This document shows, one piece after another, positions 39,207 through 51,619 of a stretch of DNA of 64,000 bases. The notes below the pieces were generated by a model that made no database searches, was not told where the DNA came from, and saw only the letters and a program-made list of their open reading frames with translations. Each line of letters starts with the position of its first letter. The stretch's first letter is position 1. Position numbers and translations under genes: made by a program. Source of the stretch: Tricharina praecox (taxonomy: Eukaryota); the NCBI RefSeq assembly GCF_024521635.1, contig NW_026250408.1:682001-746000 (forward strand). The letters are read 5' to 3'.

Positions 39207-41142
39207 ATGGCGTCCCACCGCCGCCGTCGCCCAATCACCATCATCGTGCTCCTCGTCGCGCTATGTCTCTTTGTTCACTCCGCCGAGGCCGGATTCCTGT
39301 CGACACTCCGCCAGAAAGTGCTCGCGTTGACCTTGTCGGACGGGAATGAAGCTCCCACCGCCGTGCCCGACCAAGCCGTCGTCGAGAAGAAGCCCAAGCG
39401 CGAGGGAAAGCGTGTTGCCATCATCGGTACCTACCCACTTCCAACTTCCCACTTCCCACTTCCATCCTATCCCCGCACCATCCGTGTCGTAGTTGGTACC
39501 TAGACGGAATGGCTCACTGAACGCGTAACCCTCAGGTGCCGGAGCCGCGGGCTCCTCGTCGGCCTACTACCTGCGCAAATACCTCGCCAACTCGACCGTG
39601 TCCGGGCTGCCCGTGGAAATCACCGTCTTTGACAAGCACGCGTACGTCGGGGGCCGCTCAACGACCGTCAACGCCTACGACGACCCTTCGCTGCCGATCG
39701 AGCTCGGCGCCTCGATATTCGTCTCGATCAACCACAACCTGGTCAACGCCGCGGCCGAATTCGGGCTCTCGGTGTCCTCGGTGTCCAATGCACCACCGAC
39801 GAAGGAGGCAGCTGCAGACGTGCTCGGCGTCTACGACGGCACCGACTTCGTCTTCACGTTCCCCGAGGGCTCGTGGTGGACGCTCGCAAAGCTGTTCTAC
39901 AAGTACGGGCCGACGAGCCCGTACCGGACCAAGAAGCTGACGGACGCGGTGGTGGGGAAGTTCCTGGCCATGTACCAGGCACCGCTGTTCCCGTTCCGCT
40001 CCTTATCCTCCGCGGTGGAGGCGGCAGGGCTCCTCCCCGCCGTCGGCACCACCGGCGAGCAGTTCCTGCAGCAGAACGGCATCTCGACCGCCTTCGCACA
40101 GGACCTCATCCAGGCGTCCACCCGCGTCAATTACGGCCAGAACCTCGGCCTCATCCATGGCCTCGAGACGATGGTCTGCATGGCGACCGACGGCGCCGTC
40201 AGCGTGCAGGGCGGGAACTGGCGGATCTTCGAGGGGATGGTGCAGCACAGCGCAGTAGACCTACGATTACAAACAGCCGTAACCAAGCTCGAGCGCAACG
40301 ATGATGCCGGCGAGTGGATCGTTACGTCGCAGAAAGACGGCTCGCCCATCGCCACGTCGGAGGTATACGACGAGGTGATCGTCGCGGGGCCATGGCAGTA
40401 CTCCGTGCTCTCCGTGCTCCCACCACTGGCCAAAACCCCAGACACAATCCCGTTCGTAACCCTGCACGTAACGCTGTTCGCCTCCCCCCGCCGCCTCGAC
40501 CCAGGCTACTTCCACCTCCCCCCCGGCACCGCAGTCCCGCAAGCAGTGATCACCACGCTCAACGCCACCGAGCGCGCGGACCCCGACCTCCTCCGCGGCG
40601 AGGGCGTCCACGCCGTCGGCAACACCGGGTTCTTCAGCATTTCTACACTCCGCACCGTCGTCCGCCCCAGCGGACAGACGGAGCACGTGTACAAGGTCTT
40701 TTCCCCCGCGCGCTTCGGCGACGATAGGGTGCGCGCCATTATTGGCGCCACCGCCGAGGAGGAGGGGATGGAGGGGATGGAGGAGCAGGTTACCTGGTTG
40801 CATAGACACATATGGAAGTCGTACCCTTATGTGTACCCCCGCGTCACGTTCGATGAGACGAAGCTTGCCAACGGGCTGTGGTATACCGGCGCGGTTGAGG
40901 CGTTTATTAGCACTATGGAGACCAGCAGTCTTATGGGCATGAATGTGGCCAAGCTGATGGTTGATGAGTGGGATGGTGAGAAGAGGGAGAAGGAGGAGAA
41001 GGAGAAGGAGGCTGTTGTGGAGGCTGCGGCTGCGGAGGAGGCAGCGGCAGCGGCGGAGACAGAGGTGGAGGTGGAGATGGAGACGGAGGTGCCGGCGATC
41101 GGAGAGGACCAACCCGTGGCTGTTGACGAGTTGAAGAAGTAG
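39207..41142 (+). CDS. Prenylcysteine oxidase/lyase (FAD-dependent), with predicted signal peptide; one intron about 39427-39535
   Basis: Motifs RVAII-GAGAAGSSSAYYL, GGRSTTV..IELGASIFV, ASTRVNYGQN..IHGLETMVCMA..GGNWRIF and FISTMETSSLMGMNVA. Confidence 0.92.
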
Positions 41143-41770
41143 GCTACCTATGTAGGGATTTGTTTTATGGGAGTTCACTTGGCCTGGGATATTCGCGGTT
41201 TTCATGCATACATATCTGTCGTTTTTGATGGTAGAGCTACAGCATCTATATGACGGAGATGGTTTCATTCATTGAGTCCCAAGTGATAAAAACGCCATAG
41301 ATATATTACCCACCCACTTACCCCACACCACACACCACACACCGCCTACCTAAGTACCGCATTCCACACCGCCGCCTTCCACAGTCATGCCCAAAAAGCT
41401 CCAAAAAGCTCCAAAAAGCCAATCACAACACAGTCCCAGCCTGCCCACCTAACCAAACCTACCCACCTACTCCTGTACATCACCGTCTCCACCCCCAAAA
41501 CCCAACCGACCGTCACATCAATACACATACAACCCATCCCTCCCACCTCTCCCATCCCTCTTACCCCTCCTACCCTCCCATTCCCGCCCATGCGCCAAAA
41601 AACCAAAACCAGATCAAAGCACGATACAAAGAAAACCTCCAAGCAACGCAATGATGAATGGGGAATAAAAAACGCTCAAAAAAACACGCTAAAAAAAGGA
41701 GAATTATGCCATGCAATGTATGCCATGCAATGAGAGGGGTGAATGAGTGAGTGAGTAGTAGTAAATAGGA

Positions 41771-44700
41771 TTACGTCTGTTTCGGCTGAATCTTCTTATA
41801 GAGCTCCGTCTTTGAGAAATCGTAGTTCGGGTCGACTTCACAGAACTCGTGTTTTTCGAGCAGCGTCTTGGCCGTTGGGCGTTCGGATGGCTCGCTTTTC
41901 TTTCATTAGCCTTGTACAGGATACAGAGGAGGGAGGGAAAGAACTCACATGGTATGACAATCCGCTAAAAAACCGATAGCGCTCGGCGAGATGACCGAAG
42001 AGACGTCGTCGGGTACGGGTGGGGCCTGACGTTCGGAGCCGAGTTTATAGATGGCACCGATGACCTCCTCCTTACTCCACGGTCTGCGGCCCGCAAACAT
42101 CTCGAGCACCACGCATCCGAGCGACCAGATATCGATCTTTGCGCTGTAGCCCTGAGCCTCTGGCCGGATGACTTCGGGCGCCATCCAGAAGACCGAGCCT
42201 TGCATTGAGTTCCCCGGATCGTCGCCGTAGATGTTGTCTGTTTTCTTCGAGATGCCAAAGTCCGAGATCTTGCAGGTGCCGTCGACGTCGAGGAGGATGT
42301 TGTCGGCTTTGAGATCGCGGTGAAGGATTCCCTCGCGATGGAGGTACTCCAGTCCGCTGAGGGTTTGTCGCGTGAGACTGCGGACCATGGGCTCGTCGAA
42401 TCGCCCGTGCTTGCGGAGACAACTGCCGATACTGCCTCCGGGGATGTACTCGAGGAAGATGCTCATGTGTGTACCAAAATCTTCGCGTTCGCAGCCGAGG
42501 TATTGCACGATGTTCACGTGGTCGAGATGCTCCATGGTGATGATCTCCTGGTTCAATGCGGCGATCAACTCTTTCTGATGCTCGGCATCGCCAGAGCTCT
42601 TGGACACCTCGACTTGCTTAACGGCTATGAACTCTCCGGTGGTGACGATCATGCCCAGGTACACTTTGCCGTACGTCCCCTTGCCGATGAGCTCACCCTT
42701 GTACCACTTAAACGTGGCCTGTCTGGTGGGGGTGCCACCGAACTGCTGCGGCTGCGATAGCTCGGGAATCTTCGTTTGGCGATTTTGCATTCCGCGCTTT
42801 CCCTTAATCTCGATAAGTTTGGCACCAAATAACTTGGTACTCTTCCTCCGTAGTATATCATTATTCTTAAGGCCTTCAATCTGAGGTTGCGAAGGACGCC
42901 TCGGCTCGTGAGCACGCTTTGCAACGTCACGGATAGTGGTCCTTCTGCCCAGTCCGCCAGATCGCCCGACATTCCTTTGGGCAACCGCTTTGCCCCTGTT
43001 CATGGGCACGGCCATCATCGAGCCCATTGTTGACGAATCGTCAATATCCTGGTCAAACCTGGGCACCGGTGGGTCACTGAGTTGGTACGACTGTGGTTTT
43101 CCGGGCATTGCCGGTGACGGTGGTGGAGAGATGTTGCTCTCGTCGATAATCGGCTGGTCCAGGTCCAGATCCGGGAAGAAGTCGTCGAGACGCTTGATCA
43201 GCGCTTCGGGGGCGGGACGAGATGCCCACACATCGTTCCGGAACGAGTCGCGACGGCCTAGACGGGAGTAGTCGGCGGGCGAATGGGGAAGTCCTGTGGC
43301 AGAGCTCGGGACAGAGTTGTTATATACCGTCGGCGAGTTGAATCCCCGTCGGTCGTCGCCCTCTTCGTACTCTGGGGTCAGTGGTGTCTGCGCAGTGGTG
43401 TTACTTCCACTGCCGGTGGTTGATGTCGTCGTAGGTGACTTAAACTTCACCGACTTCGTGGTGCTGGTGGTAATGGACAGATTCGGCTTTTCAGATGCCT
43501 CTTGCGGCTGGGGCGCAGGAGCAGGCTTCGCCGGCTCACCGCCACTAGCTCGAATGACGGGCCTTGCAAATAGTCCATCATCGCTGTCACTATCATCATC
43601 ATCCGCTTGAGAGTCCGCCACAGCGACTGGAAGCGCTTTGGTGAATTGCACGTCATTTTCCCTGAATGGCGTCTCATGTCCGAGCGCAGGGTTGGGAATG
43701 ACGGGAGGAGTCATATTCATCGGACTCATACTCTGGGATACCGGGCGGCCACCAGTAGGAATGATCACCTTGAGTTTCTGCGATGCAGGGCCATTGAAGT
43801 TTCCATTCGAAAGCGCCCTCTGGTGTAGAGTCTGATTCTCGTGAGACGATTGTCGCAGTGGCACCTCCTTTCGCACACCGGGAATCCGGGTTCCAGTGAT
43901 ACTGGCGGAAAGTGCACCAGCCGATATCAACGAGGAACCGATACCAGCCGAAGGATCCGGACCACCACTATTCCGTGCTGGCGATCCGGGATGTCCGTCA
44001 TGTCGGCGCACCTGTACCATTGGTTTATCCATACCATCCCCACCACCAGCCCTTCTCATAGCCTGCATCTGTGCCTGTGCCTGTGCCGCCTGAAGCCTGG
44101 TCCAGGAGCCGGAAGACGACCGAGTAACTGCGGGTACGGGTACTGGAGGAGGGTTTCTTTGTGGGATGAGATCCTCCATCTTGCGGTCCTCGTAAGGCGA
44201 TGCTCGCGGGTTGTCGAAATCAACGATACGTCGTTGCCCAGGCTTTTGGAATCCCTTGTCAAGATCCGGGGGTCTCGTGTTTCTCTTGAAGCCTTGCTCA
44301 GCTGGCCGTTGTTGTTGTTGTTGTTGCTGCTGCTGCTGCTGCTGTTGTTGTAGCGCCTGTTGCTGTTGTAGTTGTTGCAACTGCTGCTGTTGTTGGAGTT
44401 GTTGCTGCTGCTGAGATAGTCCCTCCATCTTTTGACGGGCCGCAGCTTCCAGAGTAAGCGCACCAGCCGATCCACCACGGCTATTTGGATAAGCAAAAGG
44501 AGAGGAAGCCCTGCGATCCTCAAAGAACAACTCATTCTCAGGGCCGGCAGGGGAAGGTCCCGAGTCGGCCTGTGGAGTTGCGGGCGGTTGGTCCTCAAGA
44601 TTCGCGGTTGTTGCATCTGCTGTAGCAGGATATGGCGGTGGACTCTGGTCGTTAGGAGACGGCTGAACCGAACCCTGCGGTGGTGCAGGCGGAGGAAGGG

Positions 44701-47287
44701 GACTGTTTGGCTGGATGACATTGATTTTTGGGTTGCCAGCTGAGTTGCCGGACTCTTGGTGCCTGCGAAGCACGGCCAATCTCTGTCGTAAGACATCAAG
44801 ATCACCACCCTCATCACCCTTGGTTACATACTCAGCGGAAGGGGATACCCGATCACTTTCGGTTTCGACCAAATTCCTGGTCACGCTACTCTGCTTGAGT
44901 GTGCTCGAGGTAGACTCAGTCGGAGAGGAGAGCGATATTGAGTGGGGCCGGCGCTCGGAAAAGAGCGGGCGAGGTTCGGAGAGGAAGATACTGTGCTTCG
45001 ATGGAGATGTCGAAAGATCTCTCTCCAACGATGGTGACGACTCAACAGCGGACCCAGGCGAAGGTCGCACAAATAACTTCAACGTTGCAACGCTATCGGC
45101 CCTGTTCCGACAGGAGAGCATTAACATACTATCCGCAAATACATCATCTACCCAAAGCGTCAGCAAAATCTCGAAAGAAGAAAAAAGAACGAAAAAACCC
45201 ATACCATGTGCCCTCTGCCCAAGCTCAGTGGGGTATATCAAAGCAGTCTCCCAATCGCCAATCTCCAAGTTGCTACAGATTTCCTTCCGCACCGCATCCG
45301 CAGTCTCGGCGAGCGTGATATCAACCAAGATCCAAACTCTGCCATCCCTCGTAACAAGCACATACGCAGGAGTGTTCCTTGTCGGGAGTTGGCCATACGA
45401 AGCACGATGTCTCCTGGTCCCATCGACCGAGGAAACCGACACTCTATCGACCGAAGAACTGCTGCCATTATTCTCTGACGCAGCGAAGGGCAAGCTAACC
45501 AGTCCGCGCCCTCGTCCGGGACTAGTGGGCGACTCCTCGTCGTGAATATCCCCATCCCTCGAGAACCACCGGCGCTTGACTTTGTCGAGTATCTTCCCTC
45601 CGCCATGTCGCTGTTGCTGATGTTGCTGCTGCGGCGATTCAAATAGATCTTGCCTGCTCGACCCATGCGGCGATTCCGCCTTGTCGCTGCCACCACTGCC
45701 CCTAGGGATCAGCCCGAGTATCTGGCGGGCTTTGTCGTTCTTCCCGTCGCCTTGTCTATGGTTCAGGTTAGACGAATTCGATTCCATAGAGTTCGAGTGT
45801 CCATGTCGAGTAGAGGGGAGCTGATGCGAAAGACGTGGCGATCCATGAGGAGAAGCTGGAACAGATGGTCGATGTCCGGCACCCCCACCTCCACCTCCAC
45901 CTCCACCACTCTCGGAATTGGAGGGCGAGTGACGAATCGGATCGACGGAACCCAGCATCGACTTAGTAAAGTCACTCCGACTTCTCAACGCCGGGTCGGA
46001 TCCGTTTGGCCGTTGTGCTGCATCACCCCCAGCACCATTGAAACCGCCAGCCTCCGAATACACGGGCATCGTACAACTCCTCGGCGTGGGGATGGGCCGG
46101 CGCATGGTCTGTTGCTGCTGCCTTGGAGCGGCCATATCACCGTACTCATCACCTTGAGCCAGCCGGTGAATATCCTGAATCATCTTTTTGATATTCTTCG
46201 CAGCCACACGTTCCTGCGACTCATCTAAAGCGGGATTTATCCGTAGAACCTCGGGGAGCACATGTTGGAAAATTCCTTGGTTATGTGCCAACTCCAAAAA
46301 CTCGACGCCATGGATGTTAAGATTTCGGAACGCCTGGCGCCACTCGGCTGGGAATCGGTGACGGTCCAGGTATCCGGTTACACGGTCAATAGACCACAGA
46401 GCAGCAATGTCAGCAGCCACCGAGAACGACGACACCAACGGTGATTGGGGCGGATGGCTCGAGCGGCCGATAGGACCGGCTGAAAGCGGGGGGTTCCTGT
46501 AGTCATCTTGAGGATCGAGTCGAAGGAAAGATGATTCTGACAGCTGCGCGGATGGGTGTCGGTACATATCAGGTGGATGCCGAGGGGTATTATAGTTCGA
46601 GGGGTTGTACTGGTTGGCATTGTAGGTTGGCACTTGTAGGGGCGGAGGCTTCTGATGCGGGGAATACGGCACTCCATGCGATGACGAAGGCGGCTGAGGT
46701 GAATAAGGATAGTTATAGCCCGAGGAGTTCTTATAGTCGGGTCTCGGTGCATACATGGGCTGGAACTCTTGCTGGTTACGAGCCATCGCAGGCAGCGATG
46801 ATGGAGGCGGCGGCTGTGACGGCGGCGGAGGCAGGACGAACTGACCGTTTCCTAGACTTCCTGGACCATTCCCTCCCCCTCCCCCTCCGCCGAATCGCCC
46901 GCTGGTCTCCAATTGAGAGGTCGACACATGCCGCATCCCCGCACCAGTGTGTACCGGCAGCATGGAGTTCCTCTGCACCACGTTCCTCATCTGCGGAGGG
47001 TTGAACGCGTTTCCCCCCTGATCGGCGCCGGCACTCGTATGTGCGCGGGGCCTCGACATGCCAGTGGGAGGAATCCCCGAGGGAATATAGGTCGCCGTCA
47101 TGGCGGGATACGGTGAGTCGGTGCCATAAGAATGCTGTGGGAACGAGTCGCCGTGAAACGAAGGTATCTCGGCCGCGCTCAGGATCAGCGGATCGGGATC
47201 GTGGAGCGTGCTAGTCGAGTAACCACCGGGCGAGGAAGCACCACTGGCGTGAGAGAGCGAACTGGTGGAACGTTGACGCGCCGTCAT
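41771..47287 (-). CDS. BCK1: Cell-wall-integrity MAP kinase kinase kinase Bck1/Mkh1/Mck1; introns 45148-45204 and 41895-41948
   Basis: C-terminal STE11-family kinase domain (GELIGKGTYGKV, AVKQVE, HRDLKADNIL, DFGISK, SMQGSVFWMAPE). Bck1-type WASRP..LDDFFPDLDLDQPI and LRRKSTKLFG, a SAM-like segment and a polyQ tract. Confidence 0.95.
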
Positions 47288-48581
47288 GTTATTTCACGAG
47301 GAGACGCGGTAAATCAGGTGAGTTCGACGTCGATTATTGTGGGTGCACCGAACGAATATCCCGCCAGCCTGCCTGCCTACTGCTATAAAACTTTGAACGG
47401 AGGAGCGAGGGACGGTGTATGTATGTATGTAACGAGTGACTAGGAAGCGTGAGAAGTATAGGGCACCGACTCGACGCCCGTCATAAAACAGTTGACGGCA
47501 GTAAGGATAGCGGGCAGGCGAGACGGGGGAACGAAGGGGGGTTGCCGGTTACGAGTGCATAAGTAAGTGGGCGGGGGGGAGGGGAGGGGGGTGGTTTCGT
47601 TGGCAGGCGCGGGGGAGAAACGGGAGAGGGTTTGGGTGGCGGCGACGGCGATGTAAGTGTGTGTAGGGGGGGAGGTATCGGCTATGTAGGTAGCTGGCGT
47701 GTGCGCGGAGACTGGGGGGTGGAGGAGAATCGTCTAATGGAGCGCGGACGGGAATGATGGGGCAGTAGGGCGAGTGGAGAGCTCGCTTTTCTGGGCCCGG
47801 GAGGTGTATGTATGTAGGTGTTGGAAGTGGATTTCGCGGCTTTCGCTTCGAATGTGGGGTGAAGTACCGGTATGTGTAAGGTACCGGGAGAACTTTGTGG
47901 ATGTTATGATGTATGTAAGAAGGTATGGTATGGGTATGTACTTTAGGGTGAGTAAGTGAGATGTAAGTATGGTATGTGATGTGATGAGCAGTATAGCTGG
48001 GTATTCGTTTCGTTACGTCGGGTACGAAATGTGGTGAGGACGACGTCTAAGGGATTCTGCTATGGTATCGGATGCAACATGTAGAGGGCAGGAGGCGGAG
48101 GAGAGCGGCTGCGAATTGCAGGAGGTTAGGTGAGGTTTGGGGGGGATCAGGCAGGCGAGGGCCGGCGAGGGCGGAGGGAGAGATGAGGGAGAAGATCGGC
48201 GGGATGAGAGAGGGTCTGGGTTCTGGGTGTGGGTGAGGGTTAACCGCAGAGGTGAGAGGTTGAGGTGTGTGAGAGAAAGAGAGTGTGTGGGTGAGGGTGT
48301 GGAGAAGTGCAGGAGTGTGGTGGTAGTGGTGGTGGTGAGGATGGATGGGAGGTGGTGAGGATGAATGGCAGGGTGGGGGGGAGGGGAGAGGGAGGGGGAG
48401 TGTGTGAGACGTGGGGAGTCGTCGTCGGCTTCGTCTTCTCGGTCGTCTTCGTCGTCGTCGCAGCAAGACAGAAGAGGAAGAAGCAGAAGAAACGATTCCC
48501 GAGCCCGAATAGGCACAGCCAACCATTTCGCTTCGTTCTCACCACTCTCACTTGCCAATTCACCACTCAACTCTCCACAAT

Positions 48582-48668
48582 AACCACAATAACCACATCA
48601 ACCACAATAACCACACACATCAACCACATCAACCACATCAACCACATCAACCACATCAACCACATCAG
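48582..48668. repeat. (AACCACATC/AACCACAAT)n 9-bp repeat
   Basis: Read directly from the sequence. Confidence 0.85.
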
Positions 48669-51017
48669 CCACTCACAATCCCCATCTCGCACCTGCCAAT
48701 CACCTCGATCCCTGCTCGCTTCATTCAACCATTCAATTAATCGATCAGCAACTCCCCAATACCGACAACATCCGCACTCTCGTGTCCGCACCCGACGTCG
48801 GTATGCAAGATCAGCTTCACGTCTTTCCCACAAGGTAAGCGAGCCACCGAAGACCTCACTCGGGCAACGTCATGTCACGGTGGTCTTGATCACACTCAAC
48901 TTCCAAACAACAACAGCAACAACAACTATTCCACCTCTTCCTCCGCATATGTAGGAAACACTACACGGAAACCGACGCGCGCAGCGCCTCCAACGTAACC
49001 ACTGTGCTACATACAATGTACGTTCTGCAATGGCATTCACCAACAACTGTAAACAGCCGCGGCAGATCCCCACGCCTGGCTAGGCGATCGCGAGTGATGA
49101 AACAACACTTGTGTGGGGGAGCGCAGGAGGAGTTAGGAGGAGCAGGAGCAGAAGGGTTAGCAGGAGCAGGAGGAGGAGGGGAAGTTGAAGTTGAGGTATG
49201 ATATGGTAAAAAATGGTGGCGCCCGCGACCTCATGCGTCAGCGTCCTGTAGCGTAAGACGTACATACGTAGGTCGACTTCTCCCCTCCCCCCTCCCCCAC
49301 CTTTGCGGAGAGGAGGGACAGAGGGCTGAAGGCGCATATCTTCGTTCGTTCGTGATACTGAACCCCACGTGTCACTGCCTATGGTAGGATGCGTACGACG
49401 AAGGAGGAGGAGGAGGAGGACGAAGAGGAAGAGGAGGCCTTGGATGAGCACGCGGTAGGGCGTGAGAGGGAAGGGGATGCCTCACACCTGCATGCACGTA
49501 CTACAGGAGTACGAGAAGCGTACGCACCAAGCACAACCCACGAGCAGAGTGTCCATTTCTATTGGACATTTCCATTCGTGCGCACGATAATGGCCGCCCT
49601 TTAAGCACCACAGCTCTAGCTACTGAGGAGGTGGAAATCCGAATGATCGTGTGGGGTGAGGGGGGGATGGAGAGATGTGCCGCCAGAAAACTGGCGATAA
49701 AATCCACACGAAATCAAATCGACGAAAGCGGCCGACGCGAATCCGCCGCACGCACGGAAGGATGGATCGAAGGAAGCGCTTCGTTCGGACTCGGACAAAT
49801 TAACTGCCCTGTCCTGCCCTGCCTTGCCTTGCCTCTCCGTGCCTGAACACCCAAGCGGCAATCGGTAGCGAAAATATCACGATCACACCGCACACGGAGG
49901 AAACCTACCACAAAAATCAGGATACCTCTGACCGAAAAGAAAGAAAAAGAAGAAACAGGTCCACGATACCTGGGTGCCCGGGCCTGGAGGGGAGCTCACC
50001 GGCCAGCAAGTGAGCAAAAAGCCTCCCACAAACCAACGAACGAACGACGGCGGATCCGACTTCCTATCTACCAGGCGTCGAGCTGAGTCGCTTGCGGAAC
50101 ATTGATTCGCATCTCGATGGATGGATGTTCCCGGCCGGCCAGACGGGCGGACTTGTCCCTGCAGGGAAAACGCTCAACCGCTTCGAGGGAATCCTCGTGG
50201 TGTTTCGTGATATCTGCGACTTCGACTGCCCCCCCATGGCAGGTCGCGATTTCTCTACCTACCTGGGACCTAGGTTGCTTCCCTGCCCGGTAGTTACGGT
50301 AGACAGCTCGTCGGACGGGGGGCAGTCAAACCACTGACTGCCACCGTCCTCGTCCGAGTGTGGGGATACCCATTCACGGTGTTTGGCAATGTCGGATCGT
50401 CCCCTCCCTTTTTGCACCACTTGAGCTCCCGGCTGACAGAATATGAGATGCATTCGAGAGAAACACGATCCAATAGTTAGCCGCGCGGTAGCCATCTGCC
50501 ATGCGAACTTGCGAAGGCCTCCGCGTCACCACTATATACGGTACAGGAGTAACTAACGGTCGGAATCAGAATGGGAAAATGCGACATCCAGATTCCATCC
50601 ATCGCATTTGAATTCCCATCCTCTCTTTTCTCTTCTACATATGATACAATGTATTACACTCTCCCGAAGCAGAAACCGCAAAGAACACTCTACCTACTCT
50701 ATCACAAAAACTCCAGCTCTCTTCCCGACCCCGACCCCGACCCAAACCCCGACCTCAATTCCGACGCGATGCGCATGCGAGTGATCTGCGCTATTAAATT
50801 GGCGCATGTATCCAAAGCACTCTATCTGCAGCCAGTTATCTACAGACTGCAGGCTGCAGACTGACTGTTCTCCGACCGTTTGGCTTCCGTGTCAGTCAGC
50901 GTTAACTATATGCACCCGCCACCAACTACTCTACCAGCTATCCGCCACACGAGGTGGGGGTGGAGAGTGGATTCTAGGTATTGTACACTGTACACTGACA
51001 GACAGACCACTTTGTTG

Positions 51018-51118
51018 CACTGGCACTGGCACTGGCACTGGCACTGGCACTGGCACTGGCACTGGCACTGGCACTGGCACTGGAACTAGAACTAGAACTG
51101 GAACTGGAACTGGAACTG
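51018..51118. repeat. (CACTGG)n grading into (AACTAG/AACTGG)n hexamer microsatellite
   Basis: Read directly from the sequence. Confidence 0.95.
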
Positions 51119-51176
51119 TTAGAAGCAAACGTTGACGCTATGGTAAGGATTGTTGTTACGGGGGGCGGCGGCGGCG

Positions 51177-51619
51177 GATGGGCAGCTGAAGGTTCCGTCC
51201 CGGTCCGAGAAACGTGGGAGAATGATGAATTAGGTACCGGAAAGAAGGCACCACACACACTGCACAGACCACCGGCAGGCAGTCTGGACTCGGTCGACAA
51301 ATTGTGAAAGAGCTGAAGCTGGGGGCCATCTGGAATAGAAGTGGGTGAAGACTTGACAGTCGCCAGCGGGCATCGTTACAGGTATGGATTGATGGGCAGC
51401 TGAAGGTTCCGTCCCGGCCCGGGAAAACGTGGGTGGATGATAAATCTCCAGGAAGTATGTACCGGTAAGAAGGTACCGGCAAGAAGGCACCACACACTGC
51501 ACAGACCACCGGCAGGCAGTCGGTCGACAGATGGTGAAAGTGCTGAAGCTGGAGCTCCATCTGGAATATGTACATAGAAGTAAAGACTTGGCAGTCGCCG
51601 GTGGGTATGGTTACGGGTA
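51177..51619. repeat. Diverged tandem duplication, unit about 214-230 bp
   Basis: GATGGGCAGCTGAAGGTTCCGTCCCGG starts at 51177 and 51391. ACACACTGCACAGACCACCGGCAGGCAGTC is present in both copies. Confidence 0.9.
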
